A stretch of 45,058 nt of DNA from an uncultured Spirochaetaceae bacterium (GTDB lineage Bacteria; Spirochaetota; Spirochaetia; Sphaerochaetales; Sphaerochaetaceae), in NCBI GenBank assembly GCA_964552905.1, contig CAZKIT010000001.1, forward strand, positions 1-45,058. Reading direction: 5' to 3'. The notes beneath the pieces were generated by a model that made no database searches, was not told the origin of the DNA, and saw only the letters and a list, made by a program, of their open reading frames with translations. Below, piece by piece: positions 7,884 to 15,028 of this stretch. Positions within the stretch are counted from its first letter, which is position 1, and every line of letters begins with the position of its first letter. Both the position numbers and the translations under genes were made by a program.

Positions 7884-9343
7884 ACGAGTTCAAGAGAATA
7901 AAGATTGGAGAGAGGGAATACACTGCGCTCCGGTTCGGTTCTGACAGCTACGAAATGCCGCCGTCAATAATGCAGAACACACGGTCTGACGGACTTCTCG
8001 TCACCCCTGACGCCATCGAGGCTTTTCCCTGGTACGGTGTCACAAAGGACACGGAGGGACAGTACATACTCCTTCCGCCGTCAGACTATGAGGACATAAC
8101 GACACTCACGACAGTGCACAGGGACAGGGCTCTCGACTTCGTCAGGAAGATTGCATACGCTCTGAAGACTTCAGAAAAGAGCTTTCCCGACCTCATGACC
8201 GGAATCTTTCCTCTCTACAGGATGTTCATAAAGGACGGGAAGGAGATAGTCCTCCTGCCGCCCGATGCAGGCTCCATTCTCTCCCTCTCGCGCTCCCCGG
8301 AGGAGACTGACAGGGATGTCAGGGCGCTCATCGTCCCCGACAGGGAGAAGAGCTTCACGCTCGCACTCGAGATGGTGCAGCTTCTCTATTTCGCGCTCTC
8401 GGGACGCTTCCCGTACGAAAGCGCCGATGTCAGGGGCTCGGGCTTCCGCGCTTACGACCTCTCCCTCTACGGATACAGCGATGAAACATCTTCCTTCATA
8501 ATGAGTGCCCTCACGATGAAGGAGAAGGACCAGAGAAGAATATGTCTCAACTACGGGCCGCAGTACGCCCTCGGGTGGTTCCTCGATAAGACGGAGAACC
8601 TCGAGTGGAACTATCCTTCCCGGAGCGACGCCGACGCTCTCTTCGACAGGGAAAGCAGTGAAAAGGGAGAAGCCTTCCAGGCCCTGAAGAACCGTAAGGG
8701 CGGAAAATCGAAGAGAAAGAAGCTCGTGAGGGAAAAGGGAGCAGTCGCCGCAGTGATTGTGCTTATAGCCGCAGTCGTATCCTATTTCATCGGCAACTAC
8801 CTCTATAAGGAGCTGAAGGCCCCCGAGACGAAAGACCTCGATCCCGAGGGAATAATCGAGTACACGATAGAGAAGCAGAACGAACTTGATGCCGCATCCA
8901 TCAACGAAGGCTTCAAGGGAGAAGCGGCGCAGTACATGGAAGTGACGTCACTCTATGTCTCCTCCCGCACCACTCTCGCCTACAGCCGGAAGAACACCAT
9001 CATAAACGTCAACGACTGGATAGAAGGCGGCAGAGGCGCCATAGACGCCGACTGTGTGATATACGGCGTCATAATCGACGGCATCGACGGGAACGGAGAG
9101 GAAAGCTACACGGCACACCTCGAGTACTATACGCCGTACGCCGTCAACGATGAGGATGAGGAAGATAATCCGGCAAGGGAAAACAGCGCCAGGATCTTCG
9201 TCTACTCGATAGACGAGAACTTCGTCTTCGAATGGAATACGAGAGGATGGTGGCTCTGCAGCGACTCCGCCTTCAAAGATGCGGTGCTACTCGACGTTCT
9301 CTACGTTCCCTATGCCGCGGGAGACGAGGTAGCGTCTGATTGA
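7880..9343 (+). CDS. Hypothetical single-pass membrane protein with a kinase-like (apparently catalytically dead) N-terminal domain
   Basis: 487 aa. ATGA overlap with the Memo-like gene. Central K/R stretch plus TM segment AVAAVIVLIAAVVSYFIGNYLY. See findings for the kinase-like blocks. Confidence 0.7.
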   Translation: MNEFKRIKIGEREYTALRFGSDSYEMPPSIMQNTRSDGLLVTPDAIEAFPWYGVTKDTEGQYILLPPSDYEDITTLTTVHRDRALDFVRKIAYALKTSEKSFPDLMTGIFPLYRMFIKDGKEIVLLPPDAGSILSLSRSPEETDRDVRALIVPDREKSFTLALEMVQLLYFALSGRFPYESADVRGSGFRAYDLSLYGYSDETSSFIMSALTMKEKDQRRICLNYGPQYALGWFLDKTENLEWNYPSRSDADALFDRESSEKGEAFQALKNRKGGKSKRKKLVREKGAVAAVIVLIAAVVSYFIGNYLYKELKAPETKDLDPEGIIEYTIEKQNELDAASINEGFKGEAAQYMEVTSLYVSSRTTLAYSRKNTIINVNDWIEGGRGAIDADCVIYGVIIDGIDGNGEESYTAHLEYYTPYAVNDEDEEDNPARENSARIFVYSIDENFVFEWNTRGWWLCSDSAFKDAVLLDVLYVPYAAGDEVASD

Positions 9344-10258
9344 TTCAGTGTCATCGGGATGGAACCATACCGCATCGGGGAACGAGCGGAAGAAGGTCAT
9401 CTGGCGCTTTGCATACTTTATCGAATTATGCTTGATGGCGTCCTTCACCCCTTCAAGCGAATACTCGCCGCTTTCGAGTGCGTCGAACCATTCGCGGTAA
9501 CCTATGGCCTCCATGCTGGGCCAGTCCTTTCCGGCGCCGGACGAAAGCAGCATCTTCATCTCCTCGACAGCACCTGTGGAAAACATAATGTCCACACGCT
9601 CCCTGATGCGCTCGATGAGCTCTGCTCTGTCACGTTCCAGGCCGATCAGAATGAAATCGACATCAGAGCGGAGAGTATCGGAAAGCGGGAATGACGAGAG
9701 AGGCCTCCCGGTCTGGTAATAAACTTCGAGAGCACGTGTAATGCGGTAGATATCCTCCCTGTGGATTTTTGAAGCGGAGACGGAGTCGACTCTTTCAAGC
9801 TCCGTCCTTATCCAGTCCGGCCCGTTTGCTTCAAGGAGTCTCTTCACTTTCTCCCTTACAGCCGGGTCACATTTCGGAGAGAGGCTTCTCCCGTAGCAGA
9901 GCATCTTGAAATAGTAGGCAGTACCGCCTGTTATAAGGGGAATGTTTCCCCTCGAATTGATTTCCCTTATGAGCGTATCGGCATCAATGCAGAAGTCCCC
10001 GGAAGTATACTCCTCCCGGGGATCTCTTATGTCTACAAGATGATGCCTTATCTTTTTTCTCAGTTCTTCATCGGGTTTCGCCGAAGCGATGCTGAGACCG
10101 CGGTAGACCTGGATGGAATCTGCATTGATTATCTCGAATCCCTTCGAGAAGAGAGATTCCGTGAGTGCGGTCTTGCCGACAGCCGTAGGCCCGAAGAGGA
10201 CGACAGCCTTATCCTTATTTATTGTCCTTCTCTCCGCCTTCGTAGGCAATCTCGTCAT
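9287..10258 (-). CDS. miaA: tRNA dimethylallyltransferase
   Basis: P-loop VVLFGPTAVGKTAL, INADSIQVYRGLSIASAKP, and YAKRQMTFFR near the C-terminus. The start is set at the internal ATG 10258 (MTRLPTK...). The ORF-track N-terminal extension to 10363 runs through rpoZ. Confidence 0.85.
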   Translation of the reverse strand: MTRLPTKAERRTINKDKAVVLFGPTAVGKTALTESLFSKGFEIINADSIQVYRGLSIASAKPDEELRKKIRHHLVDIRDPREEYTSGDFCIDADTLIREINSRGNIPLITGGTAYYFKMLCYGRSLSPKCDPAVREKVKRLLEANGPDWIRTELERVDSVSASKIHREDIYRITRALEVYYQTGRPLSSFPLSDTLRSDVDFILIGLERDRAELIERIRERVDIMFSTGAVEEMKMLLSSGAGKDWPSMEAIGYREWFDALESGEYSLEGVKDAIKHNSIKYAKRQMTFFRSFPDAVWFHPDDTESIRRYLVSRGIGNVENVE

Positions 10259-10421
10259 TGAGGGCACGTGTAAGGACGACGGAAACGACCTTGTCGCCGT
10301 TCTTCTCGATTTCCTTCCTCTTGTCTGTGGCAGCGTAGATGTTCGCTTCCTTGATGGCAACACATGTCATCTCATATACGTTTGTTTCTTTGTCAATCAG
10401 TTTGTTAAGTGGAATACTCAA
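10215..10421 (-). CDS. rpoZ: Probable DNA-directed RNA polymerase omega subunit
   Basis: 68 aa, MSIPLNKLIDKETNVYEMTCVAIKEANIY fits the N.YE....A.K.A omega pattern. TTG start 7 nt after AAGGAG. Located in a yicC / nucleotide-kinase neighbourhood, as in many bacteria. Confidence 0.55.
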   Translation of the reverse strand: MSIPLNKLIDKETNVYEMTCVAIKEANIYAATDKRKEIEKNGDKVVSVVLTRALNDEIAYEGGEKDNK

Positions 10422-10471
10422 AGTGATATCTCCTTAAACGAATTCCTTTCTATAATAGAAAAAATGATGTT

Positions 10472-10888
10472 TTACTTCAAGCCTTTCTTCAGGCACTCCG
10501 GGCAGATGCCCTCGAATACCGTCTGATGAAGCGCCACACGGTAACCGGTGGAACGGCTTACCCTGTCGTCAAGAGAAAAGTCATAGTCGACGACGGCATC
10601 CTCGACTCTGCCGCAGAGCGTGCAGATGACATGCGGATGAGGGTCGGTTCTCCTGTCGTAGCGGTCAGCGCCCGGAACGGAGAGATGATTCACCTCCCCG
10701 GTTCTCGAAAGCTCCTTGAGATTGCGGTAGACCGTCCCCTTGCTGACACGATTGTCCTTCTCCCTCACATCGAGGTAGATGGAGTCCGCTGTCGGATGGT
10801 CACGGTGCTCTCTGACAGCATCCAGCACCAGGGCTTTCTGTCTGGTGTTGCGTCTTACAATGCTTTCCTCGTCTCTTGTCTCTTTCAT
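10472..10888 (-). CDS. Fur-family metalloregulator (Fur/PerR/Zur not distinguishable)
   Basis: 138 aa. Winged-helix block RNTRQKALVLDAV..HPTADSIY..V.....VSKGTVYRNL. HPHVICTLCG and ICPEC supply the two CxxC pairs. Confidence 0.85.
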   Translation of the reverse strand: MKETRDEESIVRRNTRQKALVLDAVREHRDHPTADSIYLDVREKDNRVSKGTVYRNLKELSRTGEVNHLSVPGADRYDRRTDPHPHVICTLCGRVEDAVVDYDFSLDDRVSRSTGYRVALHQTVFEGICPECLKKGLK

Positions 10889-10920
10889 TCTGTCCCGCTT
10901 ATTGATAACCGTTACTGTAT

Positions 10921-11445
10921 TTATACCCTCATTCCGGCAATCTTCTCAAGAATAATCTGAACAATCTGTTCGGGATTCCTCTCATCTGTCTCGATGATGA
11001 GGTCGCTTACCTCTTCGGGATGAGAGTTATCGATACCGTAGACCACCTTATAGCGGTTGGAATCCTTGCTGTCCCTTCCCACAGTCTCCTGCATCCTCTC
11101 CTCGAATGTTCCGCCTTCCCTCATCTGGACTCTCTTCGCCCTCGTTTCGGCCGATGCAGTGAGATAGACCTTCAGGTCAGCATCCTTCAGCATCCAGACA
11201 GCAAGGCGCGATGCAAGAATGCAGTTCTTCTCCTTCATCGCCATCTCCACCTGACGGCGGTCGAGCTCGCGGTCGATGTCATAGTCGTCCTCGGCCATGC
11301 GGCAGAAGGTCCAGAAGTCAACGCCCCTCTCCTCGGCCATCTGGCGGAATGTGAAGTTGATGATGGGATACCCCAGCTTCCTGCTCAGAAGCGTGGAGAC
11401 CGTTGTATTGCCGCATCCGGATTTACTCGATATTGCTATTCTCAT
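10921..11445 (-). CDS. cmk: Cytidylate-kinase-like protein (archaeal/type-2 Cmk family) with an atypical P-loop
   Basis: 174 aa. Matches the family pattern IDRELDRRQ...LASRLAVWML.DADLKVYLTASAETRAKR. ATGA overlap with yicC. The Walker A reads SKSGCGNTT. Confidence 0.7.
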   Translation of the reverse strand: MRIAISSKSGCGNTTVSTLLSRKLGYPIINFTFRQMAEERGVDFWTFCRMAEDDYDIDRELDRRQVEMAMKEKNCILASRLAVWMLKDADLKVYLTASAETRAKRVQMREGGTFEERMQETVGRDSKDSNRYKVVYGIDNSHPEEVSDLIIETDERNPEQIVQIILEKIAGMRV

Positions 11446-12308
11446 TCTATGTTCCTTACCTGTTCGCGGATGTCCTCGAGGGCATCCTTCATCGAGACGA
11501 CGGCGAGATTGATCTCGACCATCTGGCTCTTTGACGCCGTCGTGTTGATTTCCCTGTTCATCTCCTGGCAGAGGAAATCCAGTTCCTTGCCCACTGCCTC
11601 ATCGGACGAAAGAAGCTCATGATACCTTTCGAGATGAACCTTCAGCCTCGAGCACTCCTCGTTGATTGAATACTTGACGAGAAGAGCGGCAACCTCGCTG
11701 AGGAATCTCGGATCATCCCTGCCCTTCTCTCCGAGAAGCTCCTCGTACTTCGTCAGAAGCACCTCTTTGAAGTACTCTTCCATTTCGTTTCTCTTCGAAA
11801 GAATTACTGAAAGAGAATCCTCGAACTTCCTTCCGAGCTTCTCGAGGTCCTTCTTCGTGCCCTCTCCTTCTCTCCTCTTCGCTTCTCCCAGCATCTTCAG
11901 CGCATCACTGAGCGCGCACTCCACGCCCTCTTTATATATCGAGCTGTCGGAGGATGAGACCGTATTGATGATTCCCTCGATCGAGGCATAGTTGAATACG
12001 GTCGGCTCCTTTCCCTCGACGTAGTACGAGATGGTATCGAAAGCCTTCTTGTATTCCAGAAGGAGGTTTGTGTCGACGGAGAGCGCTTCATGGCTTTTCA
12101 GCGTCTTGAGATAGACGGAAACATCAAGATGGCCGCGTCTGCAGACCTTCTTTATCTCGCTGTCGATATATTCCTCGAACGACGAGAGAAGAGGATTCAC
12201 CGTATGTGATATGTCAAGATAACGGTTGTTGTATGACTTGATTTCAACGCCGATGATGAAATCCTGCGTCCGGTATTCCCCCGTTCCGTAACCTGTCATT
12301 GAAAGCAT
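11442..12308 (-). CDS. yicC: YicC/YloC-family stress-induced protein (endoribonuclease family)
   Basis: 288 aa. Canonical N-terminus MLSMTGYG, and C-terminal DFLCQEMNREINTTASKS...EDIREQVRNIE. Confidence 0.85.
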   Translation of the reverse strand: MLSMTGYGTGEYRTQDFIIGVEIKSYNNRYLDISHTVNPLLSSFEEYIDSEIKKVCRRGHLDVSVYLKTLKSHEALSVDTNLLLEYKKAFDTISYYVEGKEPTVFNYASIEGIINTVSSSDSSIYKEGVECALSDALKMLGEAKRREGEGTKKDLEKLGRKFEDSLSVILSKRNEMEEYFKEVLLTKYEELLGEKGRDDPRFLSEVAALLVKYSINEECSRLKVHLERYHELLSSDEAVGKELDFLCQEMNREINTTASKSQMVEINLAVVSMKDALEDIREQVRNIE

Positions 12309-12745
12309 TATATTTCTCCTTCTGTGCTGTTTACTGTAACAGCAGCCCTTCCGCTTCCGTCCAGAACCGCTTCGACGACCGTCTTTGCATCTTCAGCTGT
12401 CGGACAGAGAGAGACGCCCGTCAGGCTCTTCGCGACAAGGCCGTAGACAACCTTGTCCGCCTCCGTCTTGAGTTTTCTGATGTATCTGTCATCCCCGTCG
12501 CCGCAGATTATGAGATAGTAGGCGCACGAGAACTCCCTCATCCAGTGTCTCGGGGAGAGCATGACATTAAGGCCGGGATGAAGAATGACGACTTTTCCCC
12601 TTATCGCCGCCGTATTCTTCTTCAGTTCGGCGAGACTCCAGATATCGAGGACTTCGCCCATAGAGAAAGAAAAAGAGGGTGCACAGAAGCGCATCCTCAT
12701 CTCTTCCTTTAATTCAGGCTTTTCCCGATTAAAAAAGAACGCCAT
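12308..12745 (-). CDS. Hypothetical protein
   Basis: 145 aa ORF lying 3 nt after the zinc-ribbon ORF stop, and sharing 1 nt (TAATG) with the yicC start. Alternative starts at 12700/12694 follow AAAGGAAGAG. No family recognised. Confidence 0.6.
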   Translation of the reverse strand: MAFFFNREKPELKEEMRMRFCAPSFSFSMGEVLDIWSLAELKKNTAAIRGKVVILHPGLNVMLSPRHWMREFSCAYYLIICGDGDDRYIRKLKTEADKVVYGLVAKSLTGVSLCPTAEDAKTVVEAVLDGSGRAAVTVNSTEGEI

Positions 12746-12748
12746 GAT

Positions 12749-12913
12749 TTACTTTGAGAGCTTAGCGTTGCACTCTTTACAAATCTTGACCTTAGAGCCA
12801 TCGATTTCCTTCTCATAAAGGCACTTGACTGCAGTTCTCTTGCAAACAGGGCATTCGCCTCTACCGTTGTTGAACTGATCTCTAATGCCGCTTCCTCTAT
12901 GTGCTTTGGACAT
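12749..12913 (-). CDS. 54-aa zinc-ribbon protein (two CxxC pairs), not in the supplied ORF track
   Basis: Hand translation gives MSKAHRGSGIRDQFNNGRGECPVCKRTAVKCLYEKEIDGSKVKICKECNAKLSK*. ATG 12913 is preceded by TTAAGGAGAAAGAC. It is the first gene of a same-strand gene string. Confidence 0.65.
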   Translation of the reverse strand: MSKAHRGSGIRDQFNNGRGECPVCKRTAVKCLYEKEIDGSKVKICKECNAKLSK

Positions 12914-12945
12914 GTCTTTCTCCTTAAATGTTAATTAACTGTGTT

Positions 12946-12974
12946 AGAATAGACGAAACACAGCTCTCCGTCAA
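12946..12974 (-). promoter_or_regulatory. Candidate promoter of the zinc-ribbon/yicC operon (TTGACG-17 nt-TATTCT)
   Basis: Minus-strand TTGACG at 12974-12969, 17-nt spacer, TATTCT at 12951-12946, about 30 nt upstream of the ATG. Confidence 0.4.
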
Positions 12975-13163
12975 GCATCAGAGGAATGTATATTCACCTC
13001 TCTCCGGCTCAGAAAGGAGGACGGCATTACTCTCGTATGCGGACAGTGTCATCCACTCACCCGGGAGGAGGAGGCACTTCCCTCTTCATTTATTTCAGGC
13101 TGCAGCATCATCCGGGAAGGGGGCATCTTCATCTAAACTACACTGCCCGGGAGAAGAACGAGG

Positions 13164-13192
13164 TTGACCGCGGAACAGCTCTTAATTAAATT
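13164..13192 (+). promoter_or_regulatory. Candidate promoter of the first FKBP gene (TTGACC-17 nt-TAAATT)
   Basis: TTGACC 13164-13169, 17-nt spacer, TAAATT 13187-13192. AAAGGAG lies 8 nt before ATG 13225. Confidence 0.35.
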
Positions 13193-13224
13193 TATAGATA
13201 AAGTATGAAAAGGAGCATTTTCAA

Positions 13225-14310
13225 ATGCACAACAGAAAAAGTTTTCTAGTATTTTTTGTCTTGATTCTCGCTCTCACGCTTCCGCTTGCTGCATCAGGCG
13301 CGAAGGAAGTGATTCTCAGCGAGTATGAAGCAGAACTGGCTGCAGCCTCTTCTGTACCATCCTACGCGGAAGTTGATAAAACAAGCGTCGAAGAATCCTT
13401 CAGCTACGCTTACGGCTATATGATTACATCGTCCCTGAAAAGTCAGGGAGTCTCCTTCAACGGCGGCTACTGGCTCAGAGGCATCCAGGACGGAATCGAC
13501 TACTTCACGGCCACCCCTCTCATCAGCACGGATGACATGAACACGGTTGTCACCGACTACATCGACAACTACTACGGTGCCGGTCTCACAGGCGAAGTCG
13601 GCACACTTCTGACTTCTGACGAGATAAGTGCTCTTGCTTCTCCTGCGGAAGACGACCTTCTCTCGAGATTCTCATACTGCTACGGCTTCATCTATGCAGT
13701 CCAGCTCTACTGGATGAACGGTTATGAAATCACCGCCCCGACTTTCCAGCAGGGCGCAGCAGAGGCTCTCTATCTTGAGGAGCCTGTGACGATGACGAGT
13801 GACGAGATGACAGAAGCCGTCAACGCTTATGCAGAGAAGCTCAATGCTGAATACGAAGCATATGTTGCCCAGATCACAGAAGAGAACCTCGCCGCAGCAG
13901 AGGAGTTCCTCGAGCAGAACAAGGACAACGAAGGTGTCGTTACACTTCCGTCCGGCGACCTCATCGAAATAATCAGCGAGGACGAGACTCTCGGTGCAAG
14001 ACCGGCAGAGACAGACTCCGTCATCGTAGACTACGATCTCTACCTTCTCGACGGAACACAGGTCGACAGCGGAACAGACGTCACATTCTCTCTTGAATCA
14101 CTCATTCCCGGATTCGTCGAGGCATGCCTCAACATGAACGTCGGTCAGGAATGCTACGTCTACATCCACCCCGACTACGGATACGGCGAGAGCGGAACAA
14201 GCTCCATCGAGCCCAATTCCCTCCTCATCTTCCGCATCTACCTCAAGGGTATCGCGGAAGCTGAAGCTGCTGAAACGGCAGAAACAGCGGAAACAGTCGC
14301 AGAGAACTGA
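13225..14310 (+). CDS. Secreted FKBP-type peptidyl-prolyl cis-trans isomerase
   Basis: 361 aa. Signal peptide MHNRKSFLVFFVLILALTLPLAASGA. C-terminal FKBP domain VIVDYDLYLLDGTQVDSG...LIPGFVEACLNMNVGQECYVYIHPDYGYGE...IEPNSLLIFRIYL. Confidence 0.85.
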   Translation: MHNRKSFLVFFVLILALTLPLAASGAKEVILSEYEAELAAASSVPSYAEVDKTSVEESFSYAYGYMITSSLKSQGVSFNGGYWLRGIQDGIDYFTATPLISTDDMNTVVTDYIDNYYGAGLTGEVGTLLTSDEISALASPAEDDLLSRFSYCYGFIYAVQLYWMNGYEITAPTFQQGAAEALYLEEPVTMTSDEMTEAVNAYAEKLNAEYEAYVAQITEENLAAAEEFLEQNKDNEGVVTLPSGDLIEIISEDETLGARPAETDSVIVDYDLYLLDGTQVDSGTDVTFSLESLIPGFVEACLNMNVGQECYVYIHPDYGYGESGTSSIEPNSLLIFRIYLKGIAEAEAAETAETAETVAEN

Positions 14311-14327
14311 GGCTGTAAGGAACAAGG

Positions 14328-14360
14328 AAAGAGGTAATGCTCCGGCCTTACCTCTTTTTT
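14328..14360 (+). terminator. Intrinsic terminator after the first FKBP gene
   Basis: AAAGAGGTAA (14328-14337) pairs with TTACCTCTTT (14348-14357), 10-nt loop, T-run to 14360. Confidence 0.8.
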
Positions 14361-14372
14361 CATGCCAGACAA

Positions 14373-14401
14373 TTAACAAACAGAGAGGAATTATTTAGAA
14401 T
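14373..14401 (+). promoter_or_regulatory. Candidate mscL promoter (TTAACA-17 nt-TAGAAT)
   Basis: TTAACA 14373-14378, 17-nt spacer, TAGAAT 14396-14401, 20 nt before ATG 14421. Confidence 0.4.
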
Positions 14402-14420
14402 CATGAGTACGGAGAATATT

Positions 14421-14924
14421 ATGGCAAAAGCTAAAAAATCAAAGTTCTTATCGGAATTCAAGACATTCGTCATGCGCGGCAACGTGCTGGACATGGCAGT
14501 AGGTATCGTAATCGGCGGTGCCTTCACATCAATCGTAACATCTGTCGTTCAGGATATAATCAACCCGGTGATCGGACTCCTCATCGGCAAGATTGACTTC
14601 AAGGAACTCAAGGTCGTCCTCATTCCTGCAACCGAGACAGCAAGTGAAGTCGCTATCCGCTACGGCGTTCTCATCCAGACAATCATCCAGTTCCTGCTTA
14701 CGGCACTCGTTCTCTTCCTTATCATCAGGGCAGTCAACAGAATGAAGGAAGCAAAGCATGCAGAGGAGAATGCGGCAAAGGCTAAGGCTGAAGCCGAAGC
14801 CAAGGCAGCTGAAGAGAAGAAGAAGGCCGAAGAGGCCGCTGCAGCAGCTGCAGCTGAAGTGAAGGTATCTGAAGAGGTACTTCTCCTGAGAGACATCAAG
14901 GCACTTCTCGAAAAGAAGAACTGA
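14421..14924 (+). CDS. mscL: Large-conductance mechanosensitive channel with an A/E/K-rich C-terminal extension
   Basis: MAKAKKSKFLSEFKTFVMRGNVLDMAVGIVIGGAFTSIV is the canonical MscL N-terminus. The start is moved to ATG 14421, which follows GGAGA at 14411-14415. Confidence 0.9.
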   Translation: MAKAKKSKFLSEFKTFVMRGNVLDMAVGIVIGGAFTSIVTSVVQDIINPVIGLLIGKIDFKELKVVLIPATETASEVAIRYGVLIQTIIQFLLTALVLFLIIRAVNRMKEAKHAEENAAKAKAEAEAKAAEEKKKAEEAAAAAAAEVKVSEEVLLLRDIKALLEKKN

Positions 14925-14944
14925 AAAAATCTCATCTGACACAC

Positions 14945-14975
14945 AGGGCGGGCTCATTACCCGCCCTCTTCTTTC
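14945..14975 (+). terminator. Intrinsic terminator after mscL
   Basis: AGGGCGGG (14945-14952) pairs with CCCGCCCT (14960-14967), 7-nt loop, then CTTCTTTC. Confidence 0.7.
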
Positions 14976-15028
14976 AATCTACATTTGTTCTCCCTCCTCT
15001 CTGTGCTACAATGAAAAGAGGAGGAATC

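Noticed and set aside
9287-10363. N-terminal extensions in the ORF track: miaA to 10363, nagA to 21824, nagB to 22504, DJ-1 to 27389, kptA to 40658, aldolase to 41399, mscL from 14337, the small anchored protein to 42015, and the 213-aa barrel to 18248.
   Set aside because: In every case an internal ATG fits better for three reasons. It coincides with an ATGA/TGATG junction or follows a GGAG-type SD. It restores the canonical family N-terminus or signal peptide. The extension overlaps the upstream gene.
13060-13068. CCCGGGAGG 9-mer recurs at 13060-13068, at 30552-30560 (inside the terminator loop) and on the other strand at about 10009-10018 inside miaA.
   Set aside because: One copy is inside a CDS. 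Three copies of a GC-rich 9-mer in 90 kb of two-strand sequence is only mildly above expectation. No consistent spacing or context.
12928-13189. Two overlapping plus-strand ORFs (79 and 67 aa) in the spacer upstream of the first FKBP gene.
   Set aside because: They have no SD, Gly/Arg/His/Ser-rich low-quality sequence and mutually exclusive frames. I treated the region as non-coding.
14266-14292. Short tandem repeat GAAAC(G/A)GC(A/G) x3, and A/E/K codon runs in mscL (14760-14870), checked as a possible CRISPR or minisatellite.
   Set aside because: These are in-frame low-complexity coding repeats (AETAETAET; AKAEAEAKAAEEKKKAEE). They are far too short and lack spacers. No CRISPR-like array exists anywhere in the window.
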